Assembly: GCA_963769885.1 (NCBI GenBank)
Contig: CAVYNH010000004.1
Location: forward strand, 328,431-392,430
Origin: Methanobacteriota archaeon
GTDB lineage: Archaea > Thermoplasmatota > E2 > DHVEG-1
Direction: 5' to 3'
Length of the DNA stretch: 64,000 bases
The position numbers and the translations under genes are program-made. The notes below the pieces were generated by a model, which had not been told where the DNA came from, did no database searches, and saw only the letters and a program-made list of their open reading frames with translations. Below, piece by piece: positions 21,387 to 30,322 of this stretch (position 1 is its first letter; the number at the start of each line of letters is the position of its first letter).

Positions 21387-21524
21387 TTAAGTCCTCATTA
21401 TGTTTTTACCTGCTGGACGGTTTTTAACCATCCCCTTTCCACCCGGACGACCGCCTGTCTTTGCTCCTCTTTTAGCTCGGTTTTTGGCTGCCGTCATTCT
21501 GCCGCCTCTGCTTTTCTTTGCCAT
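21387..21524 (-). CDS. 45-aa very basic Gly/Lys/Arg microprotein (MAKKSRGGRMTAAKNRAKRGAKTGGRPGGKGMVKNRPAGKNIMRT)
   Basis: GGAGGT RBS; no acidic residues. Confidence 0.65.
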   Translation of the reverse strand: MAKKSRGGRMTAAKNRAKRGAKTGGRPGGKGMVKNRPAGKNIMRT

Positions 21525-21591
21525 ATTTTATCTACCTCCAAATTTTTTCTTTTTTCATTCTATTTTGTCTCTCATTTTGAGGTCCAAGATA

Positions 21592-21738
21592 TCAAACGAC
21601 TTTTATGATTCCCATTAACACCATGACGATAATTGCCAATACTATCGCTCCGAGAAGACCGAAAATGAACCAACCTGCCAGGAATGCTATTACCGAAAAT
21701 ATTGTGATGTGGGTCCATTCAACTTTTATGGCTGCCAT
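21592..21738 (-). CDS. 48-aa membrane microprotein (MAAIKVEWTHITIFSVIAFLAGWFIFGLLGAIVLAIIVMVLMGIIKVV)
   Basis: Starts 10 nt after the stop of the upstream lipoprotein gene. Confidence 0.65.
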   Translation of the reverse strand: MAAIKVEWTHITIFSVIAFLAGWFIFGLLGAIVLAIIVMVLMGIIKVV

Positions 21739-21748
21739 TTTAATCGTC

Positions 21749-22096
21749 CTATGCTTTGGTTAGCGTGACAGATCCACCGTTAGAATTTGTAAATATCAGT
21801 TGATTATCAGTAGGGAATCTATAATCATAGGTCACACCAAAAGATCCACCAGACTGGGTGAAAGTTATTTTTGCACCTGCAACAGCCCACGTATAGGTTC
21901 CGCTTAATGAGAAGTCTCCAATTTGACCAGTCATCGTCACATTGTTATCATTGGTGAAGGTCATAGTGCCTTCCCCACCGGTAGTTGTCCAGGTTCCAAG
22001 AAATTTACTTTTATCAATTGCGTTCGTGCAACCGCTTAAGCTTATTGTTGTCAACATCACTAGCACAATTCCAACAAGGACGAAATGTTTTTTCAT
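21749..22096 (-). CDS. Small beta-rich lipoprotein (lipocalin-like)
   Basis: Lipobox LSGC and FLGTW motif; GAGGT RBS. Confidence 0.75.
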   Translation of the reverse strand: MKKHFVLVGIVLVMLTTISLSGCTNAIDKSKFLGTWTTTGGEGTMTFTNDNNVTMTGQIGDFSLSGTYTWAVAGAKITFTQSGGSFGVTYDYRFPTDNQLIFTNSNGGSVTLTKA

Positions 22097-22145
22097 CTAA
22101 ATACCTCAGCGTATGGTCCTATCAACTCCCGGTCTATATATAGAA

Positions 22146-22182
22146 ATGACTTAAAAACAATAAAAAAACAGTATAAAAACAG
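22146..22182 (-). promoter_or_regulatory. Conserved promoter/operator motif, copy 1
   Basis: atgacttaaaaacaataaaaaaacagtataaaaacag, about 50 bp upstream of the start at 22096. Confidence 0.65.
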
Positions 22183-22399
22183 TTCAAAACTAATTGATAT
22201 TGAGGAACGACATGTTTGTACGAAAAGAAATCATGTATGCAACGATTAACGTTTTGTCCTCTGGTTTCTTCTGTAATACAGGAATGCAATATAAAAATTA
22301 CTTCTTCCATAAGGCATTGAGGTATCGATTTAGTTTAATAAGAAGAAAGAGGAGGAGGTTCTGGGGAAAAACCCAAAAAACCCCCAATCGATTTTATAC

Positions 22400-22741
22400 T
22401 TATAATGGCCCTATGACGGTGGGTAGGACGAAGCTGACAATGGCTGCGATGATCCATACGATAATAGCTATACATAGTGCTTTCAGCCAGCCGATTTTAT
22501 ACAAAACGCCAAGAGCAATAAGCCAGGCTATTCCCCCAATGAGGGATGCTAACCATCCTAACTCAGGGCGGAGGAAATAGTAGGCAGCTGCATATATTAT
22601 TGCGCCAACAAAGGCAGTTATTAAAGCAGTGCCGAATCCCTCTTTTTCTCCAAATAGTTTCGTTACGACATAGATGATAATTGCCGATATAACAAGACTT
22701 ATTAAAAATACAATTACTGTTGCTAACGTGACATCAATCAT
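22400..22741 (-). CDS. 4-TM small membrane protein
   Basis: Four hydrophobic helices. Confidence 0.7.
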   Translation of the reverse strand: MIDVTLATVIVFLISLVISAIIIYVVTKLFGEKEGFGTALITAFVGAIIYAAAYYFLRPELGWLASLIGGIAWLIALGVLYKIGWLKALCIAIIVWIIAAIVSFVLPTVIGPL

Positions 22742-22844
22742 TTTTTCCGCTCCAGGCTCCAGTACTGTTTATTTACATTTTCTTAGTTTATCTGAGAACA
22801 AGGAATAAGTATTGTGTATTCCGTGAACCAGATAAGGTTAACGT

Positions 22845-23045
22845 TTAATTTTTTTTGCTTGGTATCACTACGCCTACTATAACCAACACAAGCCCACCAA
22901 TGATCAATGGAATCATGTATTGCGCATATGGAGTGCTGCTTGTATTGACTAACCCGAATAACTGGGGGGTAGTTATTACCAAGGCACCCGCTATAAGACC
23001 AATTATAGCTACTACAACTCCGATGGCGACTAAGATGGTATTCAT
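22845..23045 (-). CDS. 2-TM small membrane protein
   Basis: Hydrophobic ORF; GGAGGT RBS. Confidence 0.7.
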   Translation of the reverse strand: MNTILVAIGVVVAIIGLIAGALVITTPQLFGLVNTSSTPYAQYMIPLIIGGLVLVIVGVVIPSKKN

Positions 23046-23136
23046 ATTTTTAACCTCCTTATTTCTTTAGTATCGTGTTTGGTGAGTATAGATGATCGCA
23101 CGCGTTTGTGCGCGCGCCATCTATCTAGATTATGCA

Positions 23137-23436
23137 CTAACGATTTTCTACGTGTTCTATTGGTCTTAAGTACATATGAAGTTGTGCTTTTGAGACCTTC
23201 ATGTTTAGTCCCCTGTCTGTCCAGCGAGCAACCCCTTCCTTCAGTGCTGAAATAGCCAGCATGTTATGTACTCCATATTTCTTTGCCCCTAGCACAGATT
23301 CGGCTACCTCTCTGGTCAATTGGATCTCAAGATGAGTGATGTCCCAACGTTCTGGGTCTATCCCTATTTCCTTAACTGTGCCAATTTTTTCGTCTTGGGC
23401 GAAGACGTCTGCGTTCATAAATTTTTTACTTTCCAT
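23137..23436 (-). CDS. PRC-barrel domain protein
   Basis: DVFAQDEKIGTVKEIGIDPERWDITHLEI; GGTGA RBS. Confidence 0.75.
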   Translation of the reverse strand: MESKKFMNADVFAQDEKIGTVKEIGIDPERWDITHLEIQLTREVAESVLGAKKYGVHNMLAISALKEGVARWTDRGLNMKVSKAQLHMYLRPIEHVENR

Positions 23437-23440
23437 TATC

Positions 23441-23521
23441 TATCACCTTGCTTACTTCATTGTCAGTATGTTATATTATCATATCTTAAAAACAACTAAA
23501 GAACAGTATAAAAACAATGTA
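23441..23521 (-). promoter_or_regulatory. Conserved promoter/operator motif, copy 2, with conserved leader
   Basis: cttaaaaacaactaaagaacagtataaaaacaatgta is identical to 28319-28355. Confidence 0.75.
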
Positions 23522-23540
23522 TTATGGAAAGAAACGAACG

Positions 23541-25196
23541 CTATGCAGTCTGTCGTTTATGCAGCAATGTTTTTCCTTTTTCTGTCACATAGACCGTTCG
23601 ATACTTTCCTTGTTTTTTTAAAAAAATCAGACCTTTTTCTTCAAGGAGATTTAATCGTTTTGCAGCAGTTGAATACGCTACGTTAGAATTGGTTATTATT
23701 TTTTTGAAAGAAACCATTGAATTACTCTGATTTTGTTCATAAACATATTTTAACATATCATAGAGAATATCATCGAGAATAAGACCGTCTAATTTCTGGC
23801 TCGGTAATAATTGAAATTCATTTTCAAAAATCGCCATCTGACTATTATCGACAATCGACGGATCGATACGTAGTACGACAATCAATTGACTCTTCAGAAC
23901 AAGATCGTTAATTTTATACATGGCATCAATAAATTTTTCAAAAGAAAATTTAGTGATAAAATAATGCGCGCCATCTATTGCGATAATTGATTTTTTATTT
24001 CTCAGACTTATTTCTTTCACCATGGCTACTAATTCATCGGGGTTTGCAATTGTTTCAAATCCTTTGATTTTTTCATGACTTAATAATAAAAGCTGGCTGT
24101 TCAAATTATGAGACATGTTACCTGTCATTTCAACACTAGAACGGGAAATAAACATTCCCTCATATCCGGATGTAGTCAAATCTCTATATAAATCTCGTAC
24201 AGAGCTATTATTTTTACTAATGATAAGATAGCTGTTCCCTACAAGTATTTTCCCGTGAGCTTCGATATCTCCTGTGATGTCTCTGCCGATAAAAAGAGAG
24301 CCGATGGTTATCCCATCAGGATTCTTAACCGACGATTCTGATATTCGAATGATCTTTTTTAAATTATTTTTTGTCAGTAACACCAAATCATCATGCCCTT
24401 GGTGAGTACCGTTATTTTTTATAATATCTAATATTTTCGAATGGCCATTAAACACAGATAAATTTTCTATAGATCGATTCATGACCTCTTTTTCGGTATA
24501 GCCCGTAAGCAGTTCCGTTGTTTTATTCCAGGTATTTACTCTATTGTTCGAATCGAATGAAAAAATAATCTCTGATGCACTATCAATGATGTTCTCCAGA
24601 TAATCTTTTGTTTTCACAGTTTCATCTTCTGCTTTTTTCCGCTCCTTCGTTTCACTTGAAAGGTTTTTAGTTGTTGTCTTAAGTTGTGCGGTCCGAGCAT
24701 TAATGAGTTGTTCTAATTTTTTTTGCATTTGTAGCATTTTTTCTTGTTCTTTCTTACGTTCTGTGATATCTCTAATATTACATTGGATTACTTTTGTATG
24801 ATCGACCATGTAGCTATTACTGACAAATTCCACATATCTTAACTTTTTTTGTTTCGTTTGAAGTGGGAGATGTTCATAACGGACGTATGTTTCTTTTTGA
24901 AGTTTTTGAAATAGTTCTATGTTTTCTGCGATATTTTTAAAAGGGCTAATTTCCCAGAGTTTTTTTCCCTTGAGTTCATTCAGAGAATAACCCAGAAGAT
25001 TTTGAACGAATGGATTAGCGTCTGTTATTTGTCCGGTTTCTCCATCCAAAATAAGGATAGCATCTTGAGCTGCTTCAAAGAGTCGCCTATAGCGTAATTC
25101 AGAATTTTTTAATATTTCGTCATCTATCTGATGTTGAGGGTCATTAGATTTTATTCCTGTTTTGAAATTAGTAATGGCGTTATTTTTTGGGACCAT
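23541..25196 (-). CDS. PAS-PAS-DUF835(KaiC-like)-wHTH one-component regulator
   Basis: RYRRLFEAAQDAILILD..IRDITERK, a second PAS, GNSYLI..IAIDGAHY..RIDP, and C-terminal TAAKRLNLLEEKGLI..VYVTEKG. Confidence 0.85.
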   Translation of the reverse strand: MVPKNNAITNFKTGIKSNDPQHQIDDEILKNSELRYRRLFEAAQDAILILDGETGQITDANPFVQNLLGYSLNELKGKKLWEISPFKNIAENIELFQKLQKETYVRYEHLPLQTKQKKLRYVEFVSNSYMVDHTKVIQCNIRDITERKKEQEKMLQMQKKLEQLINARTAQLKTTTKNLSSETKERKKAEDETVKTKDYLENIIDSASEIIFSFDSNNRVNTWNKTTELLTGYTEKEVMNRSIENLSVFNGHSKILDIIKNNGTHQGHDDLVLLTKNNLKKIIRISESSVKNPDGITIGSLFIGRDITGDIEAHGKILVGNSYLIISKNNSSVRDLYRDLTTSGYEGMFISRSSVEMTGNMSHNLNSQLLLLSHEKIKGFETIANPDELVAMVKEISLRNKKSIIAIDGAHYFITKFSFEKFIDAMYKINDLVLKSQLIVVLRIDPSIVDNSQMAIFENEFQLLPSQKLDGLILDDILYDMLKYVYEQNQSNSMVSFKKIITNSNVAYSTAAKRLNLLEEKGLIFLKKQGKYRTVYVTEKGKTLLHKRQTA

Positions 25197-25586
25197 TTAC
25201 TTCGCCCCCGTTTACACAAAATTGAAACTGTTTAGTATGTTTTTATAGTGTCATGCATAAGATAAAATGAAAATACGTTTTATATACTTTTCTCATAAAG
25301 CCAGATGATTTTTAAATTTCTGTCTACAATTTTACATTCTTCAGGAACTGTATAGAATTTTATGGTTTATACTGTTTTTCAATTGATTTTTATATATTAT
25401 TTAGTCATGCCTATATACTTACGAGAACATAGATGGAAGTATCGACCGAGGTTAAAAAATGATAAACGGAATAATAAGATTGCTTGTAGGCGTAGTTGTG
25501 ATCGTCGTTCTAATATGGATAATACTAGCAGTCGTGCACGCATTTTAATTTGAATACGCATAGAGAAACCTGGAGAAAAGGTCAAC

Positions 25587-25784
25587 ATGAGCGATAAAGA
25601 AAAAATAGTCTCAGCACTTCGCCTCATCAACGGAAAAAAGGAGAATGTGGAGAAGATAGCGGAGACGGTAGACAAGTTTTTCGAGAATCTGCACCTTGAA
25701 ATAGAGGACTGGAAATTTTCGATGGAAGAGTTCAGCGATGGCACACGTATCTTTATTCGGTTCCAAATCCTTGTAAAAAAGTAG
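25587..25784 (+). CDS. Small 'WKFS' family protein, paralog A
   Basis: IEDWKFSMEEFSDGTRI matches the ORF at 28090-28269. Confidence 0.7.
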   Translation: MSDKEKIVSALRLINGKKENVEKIAETVDKFFENLHLEIEDWKFSMEEFSDGTRIFIRFQILVKK

Positions 25785-25794
25785 GTGGTTCTAA

Positions 25795-26421
25795 TTGAAT
25801 CCTGATACGAATAAGGCAAAGAGTAAACCCAATACGAAGACGACAAAGTCAGAGCATGTCCTCATAGATCCTGAGGAATGGAAAGATCCTGATGGACGGA
25901 GAGTTGTCGCGGAATACCACAAGAAGAATCTTCCGGAAACACAAGCTGACAATGGAATGCAAGACGAGACGAATGATGAGGTAAAATCATCGGATACAGA
26001 AACCACAGGTGATTCATCAGAACAGAAGTTGCGTATATCACGGATCTTGGATATTTCTACAGTTGAGATGATAACGTACGCTTTGTTCCGCGCCATGTTC
26101 GGTAAAAGTATCCATATACCTTTGAAACGCGAGGGCGTCATAGATATGGATATCGCTATTGAGGATAACGATATCATCCTAAACACCAACGATGTCACAT
26201 TCATACCGCCTGATCTAAAAATCTGGCGCCTCATATTCACATATAAAAATAAACCAATAATAGAATACGGTCGTGGAATCAAACGCGGCATGAAGATTCA
26301 CTACGGCCATGCGATTATCTTCCTCCTTGCAATGTGGTCCGGGGGTAGAAAGACTAGGAAGGCCCAGGAAAAAGCCGCTAAAATCGCAGAATTGGAAAAA
26401 ACCCGCAACAGCGAAGGTTAA
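25795..26421 (+). CDS. Hypothetical protein
   Basis: 208-aa ORF in an apparent operon; GGTGG RBS and TTG start. Confidence 0.65.
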   Translation: MNPDTNKAKSKPNTKTTKSEHVLIDPEEWKDPDGRRVVAEYHKKNLPETQADNGMQDETNDEVKSSDTETTGDSSEQKLRISRILDISTVEMITYALFRAMFGKSIHIPLKREGVIDMDIAIEDNDIILNTNDVTFIPPDLKIWRLIFTYKNKPIIEYGRGIKRGMKIHYGHAIIFLLAMWSGGRKTRKAQEKAAKIAELEKTRNSEG

Positions 26422-26452
26422 AATAAGATAAATAATAAGAAAGGTACAGATA

Positions 26453-27328
26453 GTGATGACCAATAAAACGGGGCAACCTACCCATGAAGCCCATCAGGCC
26501 TTTCTACAGGATATACAGCGCAACATCCGACGGATCCTATCCGAAAATTATAAGATGAAAAAGATTTCCATCGAGTATATTGCTGCAGGCGCCGCTCGAC
26601 TTTCAAATCCGATAAAAATCACAGGGGTGAACGAAAAAGGGGAAAAGATCCGTTACTTCGGCAAGGTCATCGGCAGCAACGATATTTTGTCAGTCCGCTA
26701 CATCCAGTTCCTTAAAAACATCTATCTGGAGATGAATACACAACAACCGCTCTTCGAGATGTACGAGACGACAGAGGACATGGTCCGAGATCAATACGAG
26801 ATGATGCAAACTATTTATAAAAGCGGAATACCAGCGATAAAGCCATATGGCTATCATCAAATAAATCGTTCTCAGTGGCTGCTGGTAGCGGAGTTTCTCG
26901 ATGTAAAACCATTCTCCATGCTTGAGAAGGTCGATCCAAAACAGATAGACTTAGTCTTTTGTTATCTAAAACAGGAACACCGGAAGAAGATCTTCCATGG
27001 GGATATCAAACCCGATAATATATTGGTAGGGGATAAGATTTACATTTTAGATGCCGGCCACTTCCGTAAGGACGCGCCCCCAGCAGAGAAACTGTCCTAC
27101 GATCTCGCCTGTATGATAAGCTCTTTTCTTGAGTACCAGCCTGTTGAAGAAATAGTAAAGATTGCTCAGAAATACTACTCCCAACGGTTTATTCAAGCAG
27201 CTGCGGACTACATCGAACTCATTCAGATGCGCCCGGATATCCATTTTACCAACGAAACAAAACAAAAACTTCTGCTCCTTCTGAAAGGTCAACGAGAAGC
27301 AGGGTATCGAAAAAAGACATCACGCTAA
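26453..27328 (+). CDS. RIO1/Bud32-like protein kinase-fold enzyme
   Basis: LVAEFL hinge, FHGDIKPDNILV catalytic loop, ILDAG. Confidence 0.85.
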   Translation: MMTNKTGQPTHEAHQAFLQDIQRNIRRILSENYKMKKISIEYIAAGAARLSNPIKITGVNEKGEKIRYFGKVIGSNDILSVRYIQFLKNIYLEMNTQQPLFEMYETTEDMVRDQYEMMQTIYKSGIPAIKPYGYHQINRSQWLLVAEFLDVKPFSMLEKVDPKQIDLVFCYLKQEHRKKIFHGDIKPDNILVGDKIYILDAGHFRKDAPPAEKLSYDLACMISSFLEYQPVEEIVKIAQKYYSQRFIQAAADYIELIQMRPDIHFTNETKQKLLLLLKGQREAGYRKKTSR

Positions 27329-27393
27329 CGTACCTTCCTGTTTATCGGGTAGAGATATGTTAACTGCCATAGCATGCAAATATAATACTTGTT

Positions 27394-28014
27394 ATGGTAA
27401 TGGTAATGATAGATATGGAAAAAAAAATTAATGTCGTAGATTTGGATAGCACGTTACTGCCCTATGATTCGTTGATACATTTCGTATGGCTTTTCATGAA
27501 AAATCGGCGATGTTTCCTTCCATTATTATTGTACTTGACACAACGAATGACTGGAAATATAACAAAAGAGGAGTATCTTAAAAAAATTCTGATTACTGCA
27601 AGGAAAACAACGCAATATGAAAAAAAAGTAAAAAAGTTTGGTCTGTCGTTGTATGATGATATTCGTACACCAATGTTACGTTTTATCTTAAAAAATACCG
27701 ATGAGTTTACGACTAACGTACTCTGCACAGCATCACCTCAAGATTATGTTAAATATCTATGTGAAAAACTAGGTTGGTCGTGTATAAGTAGTACACTGGA
27801 TGACAATGACGAAAATTTCATTCATATGTACGGACCTAACAAAGTATCTGCTGTACAAAAAATGTACCCCAAACAAGATTATTCCTATCATTTAGCAATG
27901 TCGGATAACAAAAGTGACCGCGATCTGTTGAAATTATTTGAAACATCGTATCATATAAAAAAAGGTGTAAAAGTACATATTAAAAAAATCAACAAGATAG
28001 AAGTTAAAAGGTAA
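27394..28014 (+). CDS. HAD-superfamily (IB-like) hydrolase
   Basis: VVDLDSTL, CTASP, GPNKV, SDNKSD. Confidence 0.8.
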   Translation: MVMVMIDMEKKINVVDLDSTLLPYDSLIHFVWLFMKNRRCFLPLLLYLTQRMTGNITKEEYLKKILITARKTTQYEKKVKKFGLSLYDDIRTPMLRFILKNTDEFTTNVLCTASPQDYVKYLCEKLGWSCISSTLDDNDENFIHMYGPNKVSAVQKMYPKQDYSYHLAMSDNKSDRDLLKLFETSYHIKKGVKVHIKKINKIEVKR

Positions 28015-28022
28015 AAATTTGC

Positions 28023-28053
28023 TGCACCTTTTTCTAAACATACCAAAGGTGCA
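28023..28053. terminator. Inverted repeat between convergent genes
   Basis: tgcaccttt...aaaggtgca. Confidence 0.4.
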
Positions 28054-28089
28054 ACTTTGATAAAAAATAGAGCGTTATACCTACTGGCT

Positions 28090-28269
28090 TTACTTTTTGT
28101 CCTTTGGATGTTTGATAAGAGCTATCGCGTGCATTTCCACCCGCATACCTTCTTTGGTATCCTCGACGGAAAACTTCCACTGCTCCAGCTTCGCATCCAT
28201 ATCCATGAACCATTTCTTAAGCTCTTGACTCTTCGTCTTCAAATTATCTCCTACATTTTTACTCGCCAT
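28090..28269 (-). CDS. Small 'WKFS' family protein, paralog B (MASKNVGDNLKTKSQELKKWFMDMDAKLEQWKFSVEDTKEGMRVEMHAIALIKHPKDKK)
   Basis: 59 aa; GGTGA RBS; shared promoter motif; homologous to the ORF at 25587. Confidence 0.8.
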   Translation of the reverse strand: MASKNVGDNLKTKSQELKKWFMDMDAKLEQWKFSVEDTKEGMRVEMHAIALIKHPKDKK

Positions 28270-28273
28270 TAGT

Positions 28274-28355
28274 TATCACCTATACATACTCCATTGTTAC
28301 CGTGTTATATCAGTATGACTTAAAAACAACTAAAGAACAGTATAAAAACAATGTA
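28274..28355 (-). promoter_or_regulatory. Conserved promoter/operator motif, copy 3
   Basis: Collinear with 23441-23521. Confidence 0.75.
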
Positions 28356-28386
28356 ATACTTTTAAAAAAATTAGGCCGTTTGAACA

Positions 28387-28998
28387 TTGATTCAAAATTT
28401 CTTGATTGCACAATATGCATTATATAGAACTAATAGTATACCTGCTGCAGAGGAAAAAATGAGGAAAAAACCTTCTGTAAATTCTAAAAAGGATAAGACA
28501 AATCTAGCGAATAAACCATCCCTGATAGACAGCGACATAACTGAAATATCTCAAAGGATTTTATTGGAGCTTGAAACCGCAAGTTCCAAGGATTTATCAG
28601 AAGCCAAATATGCAAAAAAGATTTTACAATTGTCGGATCTTGATTATACAAAAAACTTATTTCGCGAGATAGAAAGTGTTCCATCTGGACCTGAACGCGT
28701 TATCGAAAAAAGAGCGGTGATCCAGGCATTGTTGCTTTCTACATGGTTGCAGAGGCTCTATTTTATTATCAGGGCCGCTCTTATGTCGGTCCTAGGCGCG
28801 GTCGTTACATTCTTTTACGTATTGTTCTTTGGCCAAATAGGTGTTGTTCTAGCAGTTATCATGGGCGTGCTTATTTTTATTATTGGATTGATTGTGACAA
28901 GATTATTTGATACACAAATAGTCAAGGCTACAAAATATATCGTCAGACGTTTGAGTTATCATAAAAAGATTAGGGAATTTATTATGAATCACTTCTAG
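28387..28998 (+). CDS. Membrane protein with C-terminal TM helices (start uncertain, possibly 28459)
   Basis: ORF with two TM segments. Confidence 0.65.
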   Translation: MIQNFLIAQYALYRTNSIPAAEEKMRKKPSVNSKKDKTNLANKPSLIDSDITEISQRILLELETASSKDLSEAKYAKKILQLSDLDYTKNLFREIESVPSGPERVIEKRAVIQALLLSTWLQRLYFIIRAALMSVLGAVVTFFYVLFFGQIGVVLAVIMGVLIFIIGLIVTRLFDTQIVKATKYIVRRLSYHKKIREFIMNHF

Positions 28999-29245
28999 GC
29001 GAAATGTAGGGCCAATTAATTGATAGGATAATGTATGAATTGTAGAGATTATCAGAATGCCTCATGTTACAAAGAAGCTTACAGTTTACACTTATCTCGA
29101 TTAAAAAAATATTATTTTTTTTCTTTTTGCCGGCATCCACTATTTTTCTAACTCTATCAGCGCCGTGCTCGTAATCACCTTTTTCAAGTTGGGTTCTTCT
29201 TGTTCTTTTTTTCATATAATCTGGATGTTTTTTAATATGAGGCAT
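28982..29245 (-). CDS. Basic microprotein, copy 2 (MPHIKKHPDY...; C-terminus extended by a homopolymer slip)
   Basis: First ~44 aa align with 20147-20281. Confidence 0.55.
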   Translation of the reverse strand: MPHIKKHPDYMKKRTRRTQLEKGDYEHGADRVRKIVDAGKKKKNNIFLIEISVNCKLLCNMRHSDNLYNSYIILSINWPYISPRSDS

Positions 29246-29371
29246 ATATTTTAGAACATTTGCTGATTTAAAAAAATGTCTAGTGTCTGAAAAAAATTCG
29301 AATCAATCCAATAATTTTTCTTTAATCATGACCGTTAGTGCAAGTGACGAAACATTGACACGAATTCACTA

Positions 29372-30077
29372 GTAATGAAATAGGGGCAAAGCCCCTATGA
29401 CCCCGTTCCGCCTTCGTTCCTCGGCAAGCCCTTTTGGTCTTGCCGTATCTCACTCGGCGGATAGTCGTTTTTGTCGGTCGTCGATGATGGTCACGTTGTG
29501 ATGTCGTTGCTGATCCCGTAGGTAGGCTGAGGATTCATCGAGGTTGGTCAGGCCGGTGGATTCGTGGTGCTCGTACCCGCTCCAGAATCCACCTCGCGGG
29601 TAGCGTTTGCGAAACCCGGGGTGCGCCCCGAACAGCTTCATAGCGCTGTGGGATTTGAGCATGATCTCAGCGCTCTGAATGGAGTACCGTTTTGGGACAT
29701 TGACCTGGAGGTGGACGTGGTCTTCGGCGAACCCGAGTTCGCCGAACCCGAACCCAAAGCGTTCCAGGTCATGGAACGCCTGGGTGCAGGAGTCGATGTG
29801 GCTTTGTTTGCTGAAGCAATGGTAGCGGTTCTTGGTCACAAACATCATGGTAACCCAGTTATTGCGGGTGTCACCCGCAACCTTTTTAGAGCTATCGCTC
29901 GATACAATCTCCATAAGTTTTTGAACTCCAGTCGCGCCAATACAGGGGCAGGCGGAACGCCTGCCACGCGCGACAAAAAACGAGTATCGAGTGTTTTGAG
30001 AAAAAGACGACGAGCGGCCTTTCATCTGCAGGTCTTACGCTGTTGCTTCAGACCGTGCAGTATTCCCGGCCGCTATT
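29372..30077 (-). mobile_element. IS200-like element (tnpA only) inserted in an att-like junction
   Basis: GC-rich block interrupting the duplicated segment; hairpins aggggcaaagcccct, cggcaagccc..ggtcttgccg and ggcaggcggaacgcctgcc; ends are approximate. Confidence 0.8.
29450..29914 (-). CDS. tnpA: IS200/IS605 Y1 (HUH) transposase
   Basis: MFVTKNRY, EDHVHL, LKSHSA, FWSGY, catalytic AYLRDQ. Confidence 0.9.
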   Translation of the reverse strand: MEIVSSDSSKKVAGDTRNNWVTMMFVTKNRYHCFSKQSHIDSCTQAFHDLERFGFGFGELGFAEDHVHLQVNVPKRYSIQSAEIMLKSHSAMKLFGAHPGFRKRYPRGGFWSGYEHHESTGLTNLDESSAYLRDQQRHHNVTIIDDRQKRLSAE

Positions 30078-30190
30078 GATAAATTGTGTCTTCCTTCTGT
30101 TAATTAACAGTGCTAATGATTAGCGCGGGCAGGGAGATTCTGACTTCATTTTACTAGTAAAAAATTATGTTGCATATCTGTTAAACGATT
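30078..30190 (-). repeat. att-like junction: flank motif, tRNA-Ser 3' fragment, flank motif
   Basis: tagcgcgggcagggagattc matches 31956-31975 at 19/20; the preceding aaattgtgtcttccttctgttaa resembles 31916-31938. Confidence 0.85.
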
Positions 30191-30322
30191 TTTTTCAATT
30201 TTAGAGGTCCCTGTATGGATCTGAGCATCAATTTACCAGTAAATTTATTCATGATTCAATGTGGATAGCGAATATCTTTATTATAGAATGTATTGATTGC
30301 ACAATTGATTCAGGAGCATCGT

